This document shows positions 12,516 to 24,181 of a DNA stretch of 64,000 bases, in pieces. The number at the start of each line of letters is the position of its first letter. The stretch's first letter is position 1. The notes below the pieces were generated by a model. The model ran no database searches. It had not been told where the DNA came from and saw nothing but the letters and a program-made list of their open reading frames with translations. Source of the stretch: Yuukianura sp. NJ FZ-2021 (lineage: Eukaryota); NCBI GenBank assembly GCA_046563655.1, contig CM102287.1:2046001-2110000 (forward strand), given 5' to 3'. The position numbers were made by a program, and so were the translations under genes.

Positions 12516-13766
12516 TCATTCTTGGGGTGGTTGTCGTCGTTCGAGTTCCAGAAGCCTATCCTGCATATCCCGAACCTGGCGTACTAAGTCGGGGATAAGG
12601 ACATCGGGCGGTGGTAAGTCGCCAAGGGTGAGTTGTCGTTGAAGTGCAGTGGGGTATGGCGTCATTCGTCGGCTGGATGTGGGAGTGGTGGATTCTGCGG
12701 CTCGTCGGCTCGGTGAGCGTATCTCTTCCATGAATTCGGGGCCAAACCAGACAAGTAACTGTGGGATGAGTTGGGACGCTCTGGCTTCGTCCATTCCGGG
12801 TGGTTTGGGTAACGTGGTAATCCGTCGGGACAGTCCTCTGATGAACTCAAGATTGGTACCGGTCTTCCATCGCATGTAGTCGGCAACGAAAAGTTGAGTG
12901 GGAACGTCCAAGACTCGAGCGACATAAATGATGCTGGCGCGAATGCGTGTATCACGATGGTCGGTTGGTAGGGTATTTGAAAAGAAGTGAGTTAGACGAA
13001 ACGGCTCTGCGGTTTGTTCATGGGTGGTCTCGAGCATGCTTTGTAAAAGCGCTGGGATGTCAATTGATCCGATTGCGTAACCGTCCTGTAGGTACACGGT
13101 AATATCTTTCCACAGTTGAGCGATTGTCTCTGTGTGATCAACCATGCGAGGGTCGTCTTGTTGCATGCGGTGTTGGGGGAAACCTGCCGGTATGGTGACC
13201 GTAGACTGGAAGTAGCTTCTCACGGTTCGTGGCGCCGCATGGTCTGGCAAACCGTGTATGTGGCAGCGGATAGTCTCTACGTCCAAGACACTGCGCGGAA
13301 TGACTCCGAAATCTCGCTCAATCCACTGTTGTTGCTCCTTTCCGTTGTAGCAAATCTTCATTATCCGCGGTGATGCAAACAGAGTTTTTAACGGGCCGTG
13401 CGTGTCTTCATCTCTGGGGTCCATGATGAAGGTTTTGTTCTTGGACACAATGACTAGACGGCAGATCGCTCCGATGTATGAATGTGGCCATTCGAAACAG
13501 GCAAAGACAACTGGAGAGAGTTCGATTGCTTGTGAGACATGTGCCGTAACTTCTTCTTTCGTCTTCAAGACCGTGTAGTTAGATGGAGGTAGGAGCCATC
13601 CTGGCGTCCAAAGTGAATCGTGCATACGAGTTTCGTCAATGTCTAGCACTTCCATCCGGTCTGGGCGTATCATTCGTGCTCCGTCCGTGAGGTTGCGCAC
13701 TTGTGTTTGTGCGTACTTGAGTTGTGGGAGGTTCCGTGAGACTGAAGGTGCGATGTCGAATTCCAT
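12516..13766 (-). CDS. Rrp6/RNase D-like DEDDy exonuclease-fold protein, probably catalytically inactive, 416 aa
   Basis: Intact ORF between env and the 3' LTR. FACFEW..SYIGAICRLVIVSKNKTFIMDP...LKTLFASPRIMKICYN...WIERDFGV....VLDVE follows the Rrp6 pattern VDLE...CLMQIST...FIID...L...F.DP.I.KVFHG..D..WLQ.DFG....FDT, but the ExoI and ExoII Asp are replaced. HRDC-like VARVLDVP segment. Confidence 0.72.
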   Translation of the reverse strand: MEFDIAPSVSRNLPQLKYAQTQVRNLTDGARMIRPDRMEVLDIDETRMHDSLWTPGWLLPPSNYTVLKTKEEVTAHVSQAIELSPVVFACFEWPHSYIGAICRLVIVSKNKTFIMDPRDEDTHGPLKTLFASPRIMKICYNGKEQQQWIERDFGVIPRSVLDVETIRCHIHGLPDHAAPRTVRSYFQSTVTIPAGFPQHRMQQDDPRMVDHTETIAQLWKDITVYLQDGYAIGSIDIPALLQSMLETTHEQTAEPFRLTHFFSNTLPTDHRDTRIRASIIYVARVLDVPTQLFVADYMRWKTGTNLEFIRGLSRRITTLPKPPGMDEARASQLIPQLLVWFGPEFMEEIRSPSRRAAESTTPTSSRRMTPYPTALQRQLTLGDLPPPDVLIPDLVRQVRDMQDRLLELERRQPPQE

Positions 13767-13880
13767 GGCTAAGGAGTACCTGAGAAGGTGAAAATTAGAT
13801 TAGACGTACAGTGTGCATGATTTGGTGTGCATCGTCAGGATCGTCATGAGTCAATTTCTGGGTGTGGGTAGCGTTTGCGC

Positions 13881-16154
13881 TCAATAGTTATAGCCCGGTT
13901 CAGGGTTTGTGCCGTTTCCCACATTTGTTTCGGCAAATGAGACTCGTCTGGCCTCAGAAAGAGGATAGTCGTAGTAAACTTTCGGTGGAGTCTCTGGTTG
14001 TTGAGTGGCTTTATGGAGTTCGTTGATCGTCTCGTACTCCGTCTCAATCCGTTCAGCAAGGTTGGCTAGTGCACTGGTCCTAGGGAACTTCAAGTTCGTC
14101 AGTGGGTTGCGTTTCACGACAGGGCTGCTTCGCGTCAATTTGGCAGTTTGGGTTGCTGCAGCATAAGTCACCACCGGTTGTCCTTGGGTCTCAGTTTGGT
14201 TTCGTCGTCGCAGGATGCAGTACCAGTACAGGGTGAATATTATGATGATGGTCATCAGAACCAGAGCTAAGGCAAAGTTGCTGGCATGGTGGTAGTCGAC
14301 GTGGTCCGATTGTGCTGCTACTCCTCGTAGTCTGTCCAGGAACGGCAAGGCAAAGGTCAAGCCCGGGGAGGCTTGCAGTTGCTTGTAGAGTAGGAACCCT
14401 AGTCCCAAAGTGAGGCAGACATTCCAAATGATCAATGCCGTGTTAGTTGATGGCGGAATGATGTGCATCAACTTAGGCACCATCATGGTCTTGAGTTGAC
14501 TGATTTCGGTCAAATTCAGTCGGGGTGCGTCGAGGTCCCAGGATTCGTTGAAGACAGATTTCAAGTTAGGGAAGACAGTTTGGCTTCCGTAGTTCCGGTC
14601 GTGGGCTGGTTTGAGCATGATGTCGATCTTCGACATCATTGCTGGTATGACGATTGTGACTCGTGGTGCGTCCGCCATGCCCGTGGGGCATGGATACGGT
14701 GGTCGAATTGTCCGTCGTCCTGGAACTTGTAGTTCGCAGTCGCAAGAGAGTCTGACTTCAAGGCTTCCAATCTGGTCAGATGGTGGCTGCACGGGGTGAG
14801 TCCTGTTGTCCGAGATCCCGCGTTCTCCGCACTGGATCTGCATTCCTTCTGGGGCTCCGGTCAGAATGAAAGTGTGGTAGTCCAATTGAGTTACGCTGAA
14901 GTCTCCCGGTGTGTTGAGACATTCAAAGAGGCAGACTTCGTTGAGTTCTCGAACGCTGGCTCCGCGTAAGAGCCGTTGGGCGCATAAGTATCCGGTCATC
15001 GGGTCGGAGCTGAACTGTGGTACGTGGCAGAGTCCGGTTTCGGGGTGGCATTGTTGGAGTTGTGTGCCTTGGATCGTCACGAGTTCTTCTTCGTTAACGG
15101 CTAGGTATGCTGGAGCGTGTTGAACAATGCAGGTGCTGCCCTTATAACTGAACGGCACGTTTATCATTTCGTAGAGCTTCCAATTGTCTACGAGCTTCTT
15201 GATGGGTACCCGAATGCGGTACATAATCCGTCCTCCGTCGCTGAAAGCGCAGTCAGTGAGCTTCAGTTTGTAATACCGTGTGACTTCCTCGATGGGTATT
15301 ACAAGTCCGTAGCCGTCGGCTAGTAGCTTCCGGCTGGCTTTGCGGAGATCTGCTGCTAACTGGGTCGGTGGGACTGCCAAAATGGAGATGGTTTGAGCTC
15401 GGCAGTGGTCCTGGAGATCCTTGAAGCGCATCAGCTCTCCGATTTGGTTGAGGTAGTCGAACACTTGGAGAAAGGTTCGTCTAGTGGAATCTCCTTCGGC
15501 GGTAAGCAAGGTCATTGTCCTTTGCACACTTGCGTTGCTGTCCTGCATGGCGGCCTGTTGTTGGTAGAGTCGGTTGACGTGCTCGTGCGCGGTTTGGAAG
15601 AGTCGGGTGACGTTCTTCCCAAAAAGTTCCATTGAGGTTTTCAGGTTCATCACGTTCTGGTTGTTTATGACAACTGAGCCCTTAATGGCTTCCATGAACT
15701 TCTCGATGCTCTCACCGTTGACCTGGAGGTCCTGCATGTCTCTTTTGGAGACGAATCCGCAACAAAAGCTGAACATGTCGCTGACTAGGGTGAGAGGGTT
15801 GAACGATTGCCATGTGAGGTCCCGTTTCGTGCGTCTTGGGCTGGTTCCGGTCATCATCATGTCGTCCTTGATGGATGCAAACATCTTGGTGAGGTAGGTT
15901 GTGTAGGGTCGAATGTTCATTGGGAAGGTGCAGCCTTCAGTTTGAGCGTCACGGCATGTTCCTTCCATGACATTTCCAATCGGGTTGGTAAAGTTGACTT
16001 GAATGTCATAGACCAGGGGAATTGTAGCGGTGTACAATTCCGTTCCTTTGACCTCCCGAACGAGAGATCCTGTAGTGACTCTGACTTCGGTGGGCTGAAT
16101 TGAGAACGCATTGGTTCCTCCCATGATGGTTGTCAGTATAACCAGCCACTCCAT
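13881..16154 (-). CDS. env: Envelope glycoprotein, class I fusion (baculovirus F/errantivirus-like), ~757 aa from ATG 16154
   Basis: Signal peptide MEWLVILTTIMGGTNA, furin site RRTKR (~15822-15836) followed by a hydrophobic fusion-peptide-like stretch, heptad region, Cys-rich ectodomain with N-glycosylation sequons, and C-terminal TM helices. Lies directly after pol. Confidence 0.88.
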   Translation of the reverse strand: MEWLVILTTIMGGTNAFSIQPTEVRVTTGSLVREVKGTELYTATIPLVYDIQVNFTNPIGNVMEGTCRDAQTEGCTFPMNIRPYTTYLTKMFASIKDDMMMTGTSPRRTKRDLTWQSFNPLTLVSDMFSFCCGFVSKRDMQDLQVNGESIEKFMEAIKGSVVINNQNVMNLKTSMELFGKNVTRLFQTAHEHVNRLYQQQAAMQDSNASVQRTMTLLTAEGDSTRRTFLQVFDYLNQIGELMRFKDLQDHCRAQTISILAVPPTQLAADLRKASRKLLADGYGLVIPIEEVTRYYKLKLTDCAFSDGGRIMYRIRVPIKKLVDNWKLYEMINVPFSYKGSTCIVQHAPAYLAVNEEELVTIQGTQLQQCHPETGLCHVPQFSSDPMTGYLCAQRLLRGASVRELNEVCLFECLNTPGDFSVTQLDYHTFILTGAPEGMQIQCGERGISDNRTHPVQPPSDQIGSLEVRLSCDCELQVPGRRTIRPPYPCPTGMADAPRVTIVIPAMMSKIDIMLKPAHDRNYGSQTVFPNLKSVFNESWDLDAPRLNLTEISQLKTMMVPKLMHIIPPSTNTALIIWNVCLTLGLGFLLYKQLQASPGLTFALPFLDRLRGVAAQSDHVDYHHASNFALALVLMTIIIIFTLYWYCILRRRNQTETQGQPVVTYAAATQTAKLTRSSPVVKRNPLTNLKFPRTSALANLAERIETEYETINELHKATQQPETPPKVYYDYPLSEARRVSFAETNVGNGTNPEPGYNY

Positions 16155-16188
16155 TCTGAATATAGAAGATTTAGGGTTAGAACTTACG

Positions 16189-19100
16189 CTAGGTAAACCG
16201 TGCAGGTTTACGGATCTGTCGCCCTGCGCGTGTGACATAGGGCGTTTGTGACCTTTTGGTTTCATCTATGTCGGCCTTGTCGACCTTTGTGTCGACCTTC
16301 TCCTCTTCCGAGGACTCACTACTACTCTCGCAACTGTCCTCGCTAGTCGAGGTTGCAGTAGAGCTACTGTCATTCTTTTCGTCGTCAGAAGTCAGAGGCG
16401 ACGATGACGTAGGTATTGTAAAGTTTTGAAGCACTGGAGGCGGAGCATTGCCTTCCCCAACTTGATTTGCTGCTACTCCCGGAGCAGCTTCAGTGGTCGC
16501 AAATTCGAGTAGTGACTCGGAGTACGGTTTAAGATGATCGATGTGGGCCCGAACATGAGGCGCGTCGGGATCGGCGCGTGGCACGCACCAGTACGAGAGT
16601 GGGGAGTGTTTCTTGGTGATGACGTAAGGTCCACGGTATCGCATCGCAAGTTTGCGAGAAGTACCGGGTGCTGGTTTGTGAACCTTGATGAGGACAAGGT
16701 CCCCTTCATTGTATTCGAAATCCAGTCGGCCGACGTTAAAGAGTTTGCATTGGCGTTGTTGGCTCTGTTGGAGACCTTTGCGTGCCGCGTCTCGTGCTTC
16801 CTGCATTCGCCGAATGCGCGTCGGAATGTCGGTGGATAGTCGGACCGTCGTACACGATGTCAAGAGGGTGATAGGGATGACGACCGTAAAGGATATAATA
16901 GCTGCTATATCCAGTAGAGTCCTTGTGCACTGCAGTGTTGAGTGCAAAAACGGCGGATCCAAGATATTTGTCCCAGTTGCGCTGGTTCGACGAAACGTAG
17001 TTGGTGAGGATTTCTTCAATGCTACGGTTGTTCCGTTCCACCAGCCCATTAGTCCTGCTGTGGTATGGCGATGAATAGACGTTGGTCGCCCCGATCAGGG
17101 AGTTGAATTGCTTGAAGAACGAAGCGGTGAAGGTAGAGGCGTTATCCGTAAGGATCGTTTTGAAGACGCCGTGAATTTTGGATGATTTCCATAAGGAAAT
17201 CTAGCATCGCTTTCGTAGTATTGTGGCGTATGGCCTTCGCGTAGACGTATCGTGAGAGGAACTCGACTAGGACGACAATGTACTTATTTCTCGACTTTGT
17301 AGAGGGCAGGGGCCCGATGACATCTACGCTGACTCGGTCGAAGAGGTCACCTACTGGGATGGGTGACAACAGTCCGGCGGGGTGTGTGTTCCGGACTCGG
17401 CGCTTCTGACAGCTGGCACAGTTCCGTACGTACTCGGTTATAAGCGCGTCGAGCCTGAACGCGAATATGCTGTTCCGAGCCCTGGCAAGGGTTCGGGCGA
17501 CGCCTAGATGACCCATGAGTACGTCGTCGTGAAAACGAGGTAGAATGGAGTGCACCATGTGCGTCGGGATTACTGGAAGGTTAGCCTTCGTTTGTTTGCA
17601 CTTGTATTGTAGGAGACCGTCGTCTACAGTGAAGCGTTTGTGGAGCTTGCTCCTAGCGTTTGTAGTGAGAGTAGCTAAAATTTTCTGAAGCTTCTCATCG
17701 TCTTGTTGTTGGCGTAAGAGCTCGGTACGCGACTCCATCGGGGTAACAAATTGCATTGCGTACCAGTGTACTGGGAACTCATCAGTAAATGTCGCAGCGT
17801 GATCCTCCACAGGGAAACGTGAGAGGCAGTCTGCTTGAACGTGGCTTTTCCCATTGACGTGCTTTATGGTGTAGTCCACGTCCTGGAGTCGTAATGCCCA
17901 ACGTGCCAGGCGCGAGTTGCGCAAATTCCTGCACGTTTTGAGGTAGCAGAGGGCGTGATGATCGACCACAATCGTAAAGGCTTTGAAGCCAATATACTCT
18001 CGAAATTTTTCAATTCCCCACAGGACTGCTAGGCATTCTTGTTCACTGGTGTTGTAGCGCTCCTCAGCGCCACGGTAGGTGCGGCTGGCGTAAGCCACCA
18101 CGCGTAAAGTGTCTCCCTCTCGTTGTTGGAGTATGGCGGCAATGCCCTTGTTTGACGCGTCTGTGTGTAACTCGAGTTCTGCATTCTCATTAAAGAATGC
18201 GAGGATGGGTGCGGAAACCAAACATTGGCGAAGAGAATCGAAGGCTCCCTGTTCTTGGTCGCCCCACTGAAAAGCTACGGTACTTTTCGTGAGCTCAGTC
18301 AGTGGTTTCGCAATTTGGCTGTAGTTCTTGATGAAGCGACGGTAATATCCAGTACAGCCAAGGAACGTCCGTACTTCGTGAACGTTGGTGGGAGGTCGCA
18401 TCTCCGTGATGGCCTTAACTTTGTCAGGGTTGACGGCAACTCCATCCCCTGTGATGATGTGACCAAGGAGTGCTAATTTCGTTTGTCCGAAGTAACATTT
18501 CGGTGGTTGAAGGGTAAGATTGTAAGCACGAAACTGTCGGAAGACATTTTCCAAGTTGGCCAAATGTGACTGAAAATCTTTGGCGAAGACGCATACGTCG
18601 TCAAGGTATGCGGTGCAAATGGAGTGGATCCTCGTCCCAAGAACTGTCTTCATGAATGCACTAAAGGCGGCTGGTGCGCAGGTTAGGCCAAACCCCATGT
18701 AGAGGTGTTCGTAGGCGCCGGCATGAGTTACGAAGCTTGTCTTCTCGACGTCGTCCGGATGAATCGGGATTTGGAAGTAGCCGGACATCAGATCCAGGCA
18801 AGAGAAGTACTTGGCGCCATTCAAAGAAGCCAATAGTTCAGAAATTACTGGCATAGGCCAGTTGATGGTTTTGGTGACGAAGTTGAGTTTCCTCCAGTCG
18901 ATGACCATCCGGTATTTGTCACTGTTCGGTTTCTTAACTAAAGAAACTCCAGCGGCCCAAGGGGAGCGGCTTTCTCGAATAATTCCTGCTTGTAGAAGTT
19001 TGTCGACTTCTTCTTCAATGATTTTCTTCTCCGCCGGGCTCTTCTTGTAAGGTGGGCAGCTTACTGGTAGTGCGTCGCCAGTGTCGATACGGAAAGTTAC

Positions 19101-20153
19101 ATCCTTTGCTTTGCCCAACTGATCCAAATTCCAAGCGAAGATGTCGCCATATTCTAAAATGAGAGCGCGGAGTTGCGCTTGTTCGTCGGGGCTTAAGTCT
19201 GGATTTATTTGAAGTTGGTCAATATTTTCCCGGGTGGATTCCTGCCGTTGCCGGCGGATTTCCTCTTCTGGTTCCGTTTCTCGAACCAAAACACGGTAGA
19301 TATTCCCGACGTTGACTCCGCGGTACAACTTGACAGCGACTGGACGCGGGTTATCAATGGGGATCTCGAAGTCTCCTTCTGCGACATGAGCGAGTCCTGG
19401 GGCACATAGGCCTAACTTGTCGAGGGCTTGGCTATTCGGTTCGAAAGCAAGGATTCCTCGGAGCTGGTCAACTGGAAAGACCTTGATGAGCGTGGTTGAG
19501 AATGGTGGCAACATTGTTTCCTCAACTGTAAGAACTTTTGGCATCGAGGGACCATGAACCTGGGTAGCGTGAACTTGTTCGCGTTGCATGGTGTTTAGAC
19601 TCAGTCCAAGGGCGGCTGGGGTACGTAGGTTGAATCCTCGCGGTACCTTCATACCTAGGAACTGGAAAGTTCCATGTTCCAGCGACTTCGAATACTTCAA
19701 TTGCAGTTCATGTTCCAATGTAAAGTCATTCCCGAGGATTACATCGTAGGATATGTCCGCCAGGACATAAAACTTATGCGTTAGCAGAGTGGTTGACTTG
19801 CGGGAAAATGTGACTTGCCGATAGACGTAACCGAGTACCGTGACCTTCGACCCGTTTGGAAGGTCGAGAGCTGATGAAGAGTCTATGGGCCTGATTTCGT
19901 CCGAAGTGACATTGTTGAGCCGAATTATGCTGACTGGGCATCCCGTGTCAAGGAGACACGAGCATCGCTTGAGTTTTGAGTTTTGTGACAAAAATATGCT
20001 AATTATGAGGTTGCCGACTGGATCCGTACTACTAGGGTCTCCTGGAAAAGCTGTGTTGCGGGTCATCATAGCTAGAATTGGTCGTGTTGGATTAGAGGGT
20101 TTAGCGTTTGAGTGGGCTTCAGACCTCTCTACTGTCGCCGCGCTGCGTTTCCC
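16189..20153 (-). pseudogene. pol: Gypsy pol (PR-RT-RNase H-IN), integrase frameshifted
   Basis: LLDTGC protease, YLDD RT, LHTDAS RNase H, HxxxxxGH...CASC and VSVDVIGP integrase, and a GPY motif. The integrase is spread over several frames, with shifts at ~17160, ~17045 and ~16830. Confidence 0.95.
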
Positions 20154-21598
20154 TGAGCCGATACAGTTCGTCCTGCCGTCGGAGCTGAAGCTACAGCTTC
20201 GGAAGAGTTGCCTCTGTGTTCCGGTTGTCGCCGGGGGCAATCGAACGTAAGGTGTTCTCCGTCACACTGAGCGCAGCGGGGGTCCCGAATAGTGTTCCGC
20301 AAATATGATTGGTAGCGAGAGCACTCCGCTCGACGGTGTTGCGGTGATCCGCACTCGAAGCATCCACGGAACGTAGGTCGGTCTTGCCATGGTCGCCATG
20401 GGCGACCGTTGCTGCGCTGTCCAGAGCTGTATGGATTGGTTCCCGGAGATTGACGTGGTTGATCGCGATTGTACCCGTGGCCTGCTTTGCCCCATGCTGG
20501 GCGTCGTTTCACCGTGCGTCGCTCCACAGCTTGTGGTTCCGCTGGTGCTTCCAAGTTCATGTTGTTGAAGCGTGCAGTCAATCGGGGTAGATCGGTGCCT
20601 GCCCGTTTCCGCTTCATCATGAAGTCGTAGTTCTCCTTTTCTATAAGAAACTGCGTCACATCTTGCGGCGTCTTCGGTTGACGTAGGAATATCTCGTGAC
20701 TGACATCTGCTGGCAACCCCTTGAGCAGGAAGTTGACCCGCTTTTCGTCCTTCATGGTGGTCCCTTGGCTTTTGTCCAACTGGTCACATAGTCGCAGCAC
20801 CTTGCCGCAGTAGTCTTCCACGCTCTCTTTTGGATTTCTCTTCCGTTGAGCCAAGCGGTATTCCAATTCTTCTTCAGTCAGCCGTGACTTGAAGCTAGTG
20901 TGGAATCCCTCCTTTAGGGTCTTCCATGGAAGAGCGACAACGTCGCCGTTGGCGTCTCGATTGGCTGGGTCACGCTCCCAGTCGGTGCGAAAGTTCAAGA
21001 ACCAGGTTTTCGCATAGCCCTTGAGGTAAAGCGGCAGATGGCGCACTTTCGCAGCCTCGTCCCAACGTTGATTAACAGCTATTGCCTTGAATGTCTCCTA
21101 GAAATTCCTGGCTGGGTAACCTCGCTTCCCCTCGAATGTTGAATCGCCCGGTGGTGTCCAAACGGATACCACAACACTCGGTGCGGGAGTCGTCAGCACA
21201 ACAGGTTGCTGAGGTCCCGGAGTAGGTGGCGTGCCTGTGCCTCCTGGCATTCCAGATGCTGGTGGCTGTCCGCCACCGGTTAGGTTCACAACTGGGACTG
21301 TTGAGCTTGGCCCACCAGCTCCTGCTGGCGGCGTCGGTGGGGTAGTCGTTGCGGGCACCGGAAGAGTGAACGCGCTCCCGGTCCCTCCGGCGGGTCCGAA
21401 TGTCCCGCCCGTTTGGCCCGTTGTTGGGCTTACAACAAGGTCGCTAGTTCTTGTCGTCGCACCGGCTCATGCCGTGGGCGTCTTCGGCCGTTGCCGATCC
21501 CGTTCCTTTGCCTCCTTCAGTACTGCGGAGAGGTCCGCAAGTCCGTACGTTGGTGGAGTCCCGTCCTGTCGGGTGTGTCGATGAGCTGGATCCGACAT
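20129..21598 (-). pseudogene. gag: gag with two in-frame stops
   Basis: ATG 21598, ORF 21098-21358 and ORF 20129-21046 share one frame, broken by TGA 21467-21469 and TAG 21098-21100. Capsid-like LYLKGYAKTWF and ESVEDY; knuckles CFECGSPQHRRAEC and CAQCDGEHLTFDC. A -1 slippery heptamer GGGAAAC at 20153-20147 leads into the pol frame. Confidence 0.9.
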
Positions 21599-22669
21599 GA
21601 CTTACTTCGTCTTCTTCTTCTTCTGAAAGGATCAGATGATTAGTTGTATTTGGTCCCCTAGGGCGTGGGATGATGTAGGGTCGAGGGTTGGATAACTTCC
21701 TCCCTCGGCATTTGCAGAAAAATGAAATAGCTATTGCCCCCATGCCGGCTAGTAACCCTACTATGAAACCGCGCATGAAGGTGTCGGGGTTGAATATATC
21801 GGACATAAGGTGGGCAGTTTGACAGTCTACCCCCAGTTGAAGATATGCGTATAGGGACTTGTCCATGAGTAGCTTGTTTTCCCGGGTTATCAGCTGGACC
21901 CGGCCTTTCTCGTAAGTGTAAACGCCTCGTTCCGTGTCCCGAATACCGACAAGGCGTAGATCTCGTAGGTGAGGGTAGGGCATGTAGATGTCGGGCTCGT
22001 CCCATAAGGTTTGAATCATGCCCTTCTCTAGGTATAGCGGCCTCCATCCAGTAGCCAGCATGATCCAAAGGGTGTGTTCTGATGGGAAGTACCCCAAAAC
22101 TGGGTATGTAATGCCAAAGAAACTTCGGTGCTTGAGTCCTGGTGTAATTAGGTGGCCGTCTGATAAATATACTCCGATTTGGTCGTCAACCATAACATAG
22201 AGGTAACTCGCGACGCCGACTGTGAAGTTGATTCGGCCGTCCGGCGGGAAGTCCTCGAAGAAATCGGCATTCTGCACTGGAGTAGGAAGTAGTGTCCCAG
22301 CTCCTGTAACTCTAACGTGACTTTTCCCGTGGAACAAGAGGTGGTCCCCATTGAGGTATCCAACATGATCGTACCACAGGGTACTCAGGCCTCGGATGTT
22401 TTCTCCATCCGGCCCTTCGTCGAAGAATCCTGGTGGGTACAGGACTTTCAGTGCTTCTTCGTCGGGAACTCCTATTTCCGTAACGTGCGGCCAGAACTGG
22501 TACCATGCTGTCATCACAGATCCTATGGCACGAGTGTGTGGCAAGGCCAAGGCGTGGCCTATTTCGTGTAGGAGTACCGAAAATAGATTGACGTGTTCGT
22601 CGTCTTCTCCGAGAGACCAAGTCTCGTTTGCGTCTAGGTGGATTTGTCCGCCCATAACTGATCCTGGAT

Positions 22670-24181
22670 CAGAGGTGGTAGCCTGCAACTATTTTCCCCA
22701 ACCTGCCCCGCCTGCACTGCAGGAATTTTTAGCCTGCACGCCTGCAGCCTGCAAAATTGTCGAAAATCGGCAGCCTGCACGCCTGCACCCGCAAGGCTCT
22801 TTGGCAGGCCAGCCTGCAGCCTGCGCAGGCTGCCTGCAGTTAGCCTGCAATTTTTTTATACGAACTGTAATCTGAAAAAATTTTAATATACACTTACAAC
22901 TACTGCGTAGATTCGTTTGCGTATAATGGCAATTACTCAATCACCCTCGATTATCTGTCGGTTGTCCTTTCCAAACACGTAGCGAGAAAAATTCCTTGTA
23001 ATAAATTGTTCTACGACACTTCTACCTTACTTTTGGTTAGACTTTCACGGCTCCGGCTCTTTGGCAAAGAGTCGAGTCGGAGTCGGAGCCGGAACCGACT
23101 CTCGACTCCCATATTTTCAAGGAGTCGGAGTCGGAGTCGAATAGCCGACTCGGCTCTTTACTCAAGAGCCGAGTCGGAGCCGGAGTCGAGCCGGGAGCCG
23201 TGGCGCCCGGAGCCGGGTATTTTTATCATGAAAAAATCAGAAAAATTTGCTACGCTGTACATTTCCAAGCCATTCGTACACAGACTTGTGGCGATTAACT
23301 AACGGATTAATGCAGTCATCAATGACGTTCAAAAAAGGTTACTGCTACTGTGCCTTAAATCAACAAAAATACATTTTATCTACTGTGAGAGAAATTAGGG
23401 AGACAAGAAACGACTCTTGCATAGTAGCGAGCAACGATTTTGAGCAAGAAACAACAATTATTTTCGTAAAATTCGCTGAAAAGTCACGTTTTCGACTCCC
23501 GGCTCTTGGCCTAACAAGGAGCCGGAGTTGGAGTCGGAGTCGGTACCGACTCCCGACTCCCATATTTTTCAAGAGTCGGAGCCGGAGCCGAAGGTCCGAC
23601 TCGGCTCTTTAAGGAAGAGTCGAGTCGGAGCCGAGCCGGGAGCCGCGGCTCCGGAGCCGTTGGAGAGCCGAGAGCCGTGAAAGTCTACTTTTGGTTTGTT
23701 TAACTTTTAAAAATTCTTGATCCTTGCACATAAAAAAATCCGCAAAAGTTATACTGTCAAATCTTGCGTTGTCTACACGTGCAAGTGTAACGCCAACTTT
23801 ACTTTTTAACCATATTTCTTCTTTCTCCGGATTCATTATTTATTGTTTAAAAGCCCTATAGTGCAACTAATGTGCAGCAAAAAGTTTGCATAGTTCCATT
23901 GACTTTAATTCTTCAACATTCCAAAGTAATTTTTCTATTCGTTTCTATCTTTTCTTGAAGTTTCTGAGAATAAAACGCTCAAAAAATCACAACCCGCAGC
24001 CTGCAGGCCAAATGCAGGCGCCTGCAGAGCATTGAAGACTGAACCCGCCCGCCTGCAACATTTCCAAATAAAAACCTGCACGCCTGCAGCCTGCAAAAAT
24101 CCACCGCAGGTTGAGCCCGCCTGCACGGGCTGCAGGTTGGCCTGCAACCTGCGCAGGTTTACCTGCAGGCTACCACCTCTG
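22670..24181. mobile_element. hAT-type MITE inserted in the MMP gene
   Basis: 18-bp TIR CAGAGGTGGTAGCCTGCA, 8-bp TSD TCCTGGAT (22662-22669 and 24182-24189), GCCTGCA subterminal repeats. Confidence 0.95.
23038..23687. mobile_element. Second hAT-type MITE nested in the first
   Basis: TIR TAGACTTTCACGGCTC, 8-bp TSD CTTTTGGT (23030-23037 and 23688-23695), GAGCCG/GAGTCG subterminal repeats. Confidence 0.95.

Noticed and set aside
16155..16265. N-terminal 37 aa of the 794-aa env ORF
   Set aside because: Overlaps the pol end; the signal peptide and splice acceptor point to ATG 16154.
21098..21100. Programmed stop-codon readthrough in gag
   Set aside because: A second in-frame stop (21467) and several integrase frameshifts indicate ordinary decay or sequence error.
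14463..22875. Numerous plus-strand ORFs antisense to family 1 genes
   Set aside because: Expected shadows of GC-rich coding sequence; no motifs, and many have non-ATG starts.
22689..24147. Ser/Arg-rich and Ala/Gln-rich short ORFs
   Set aside because: Translations of MITE subterminal repeats.
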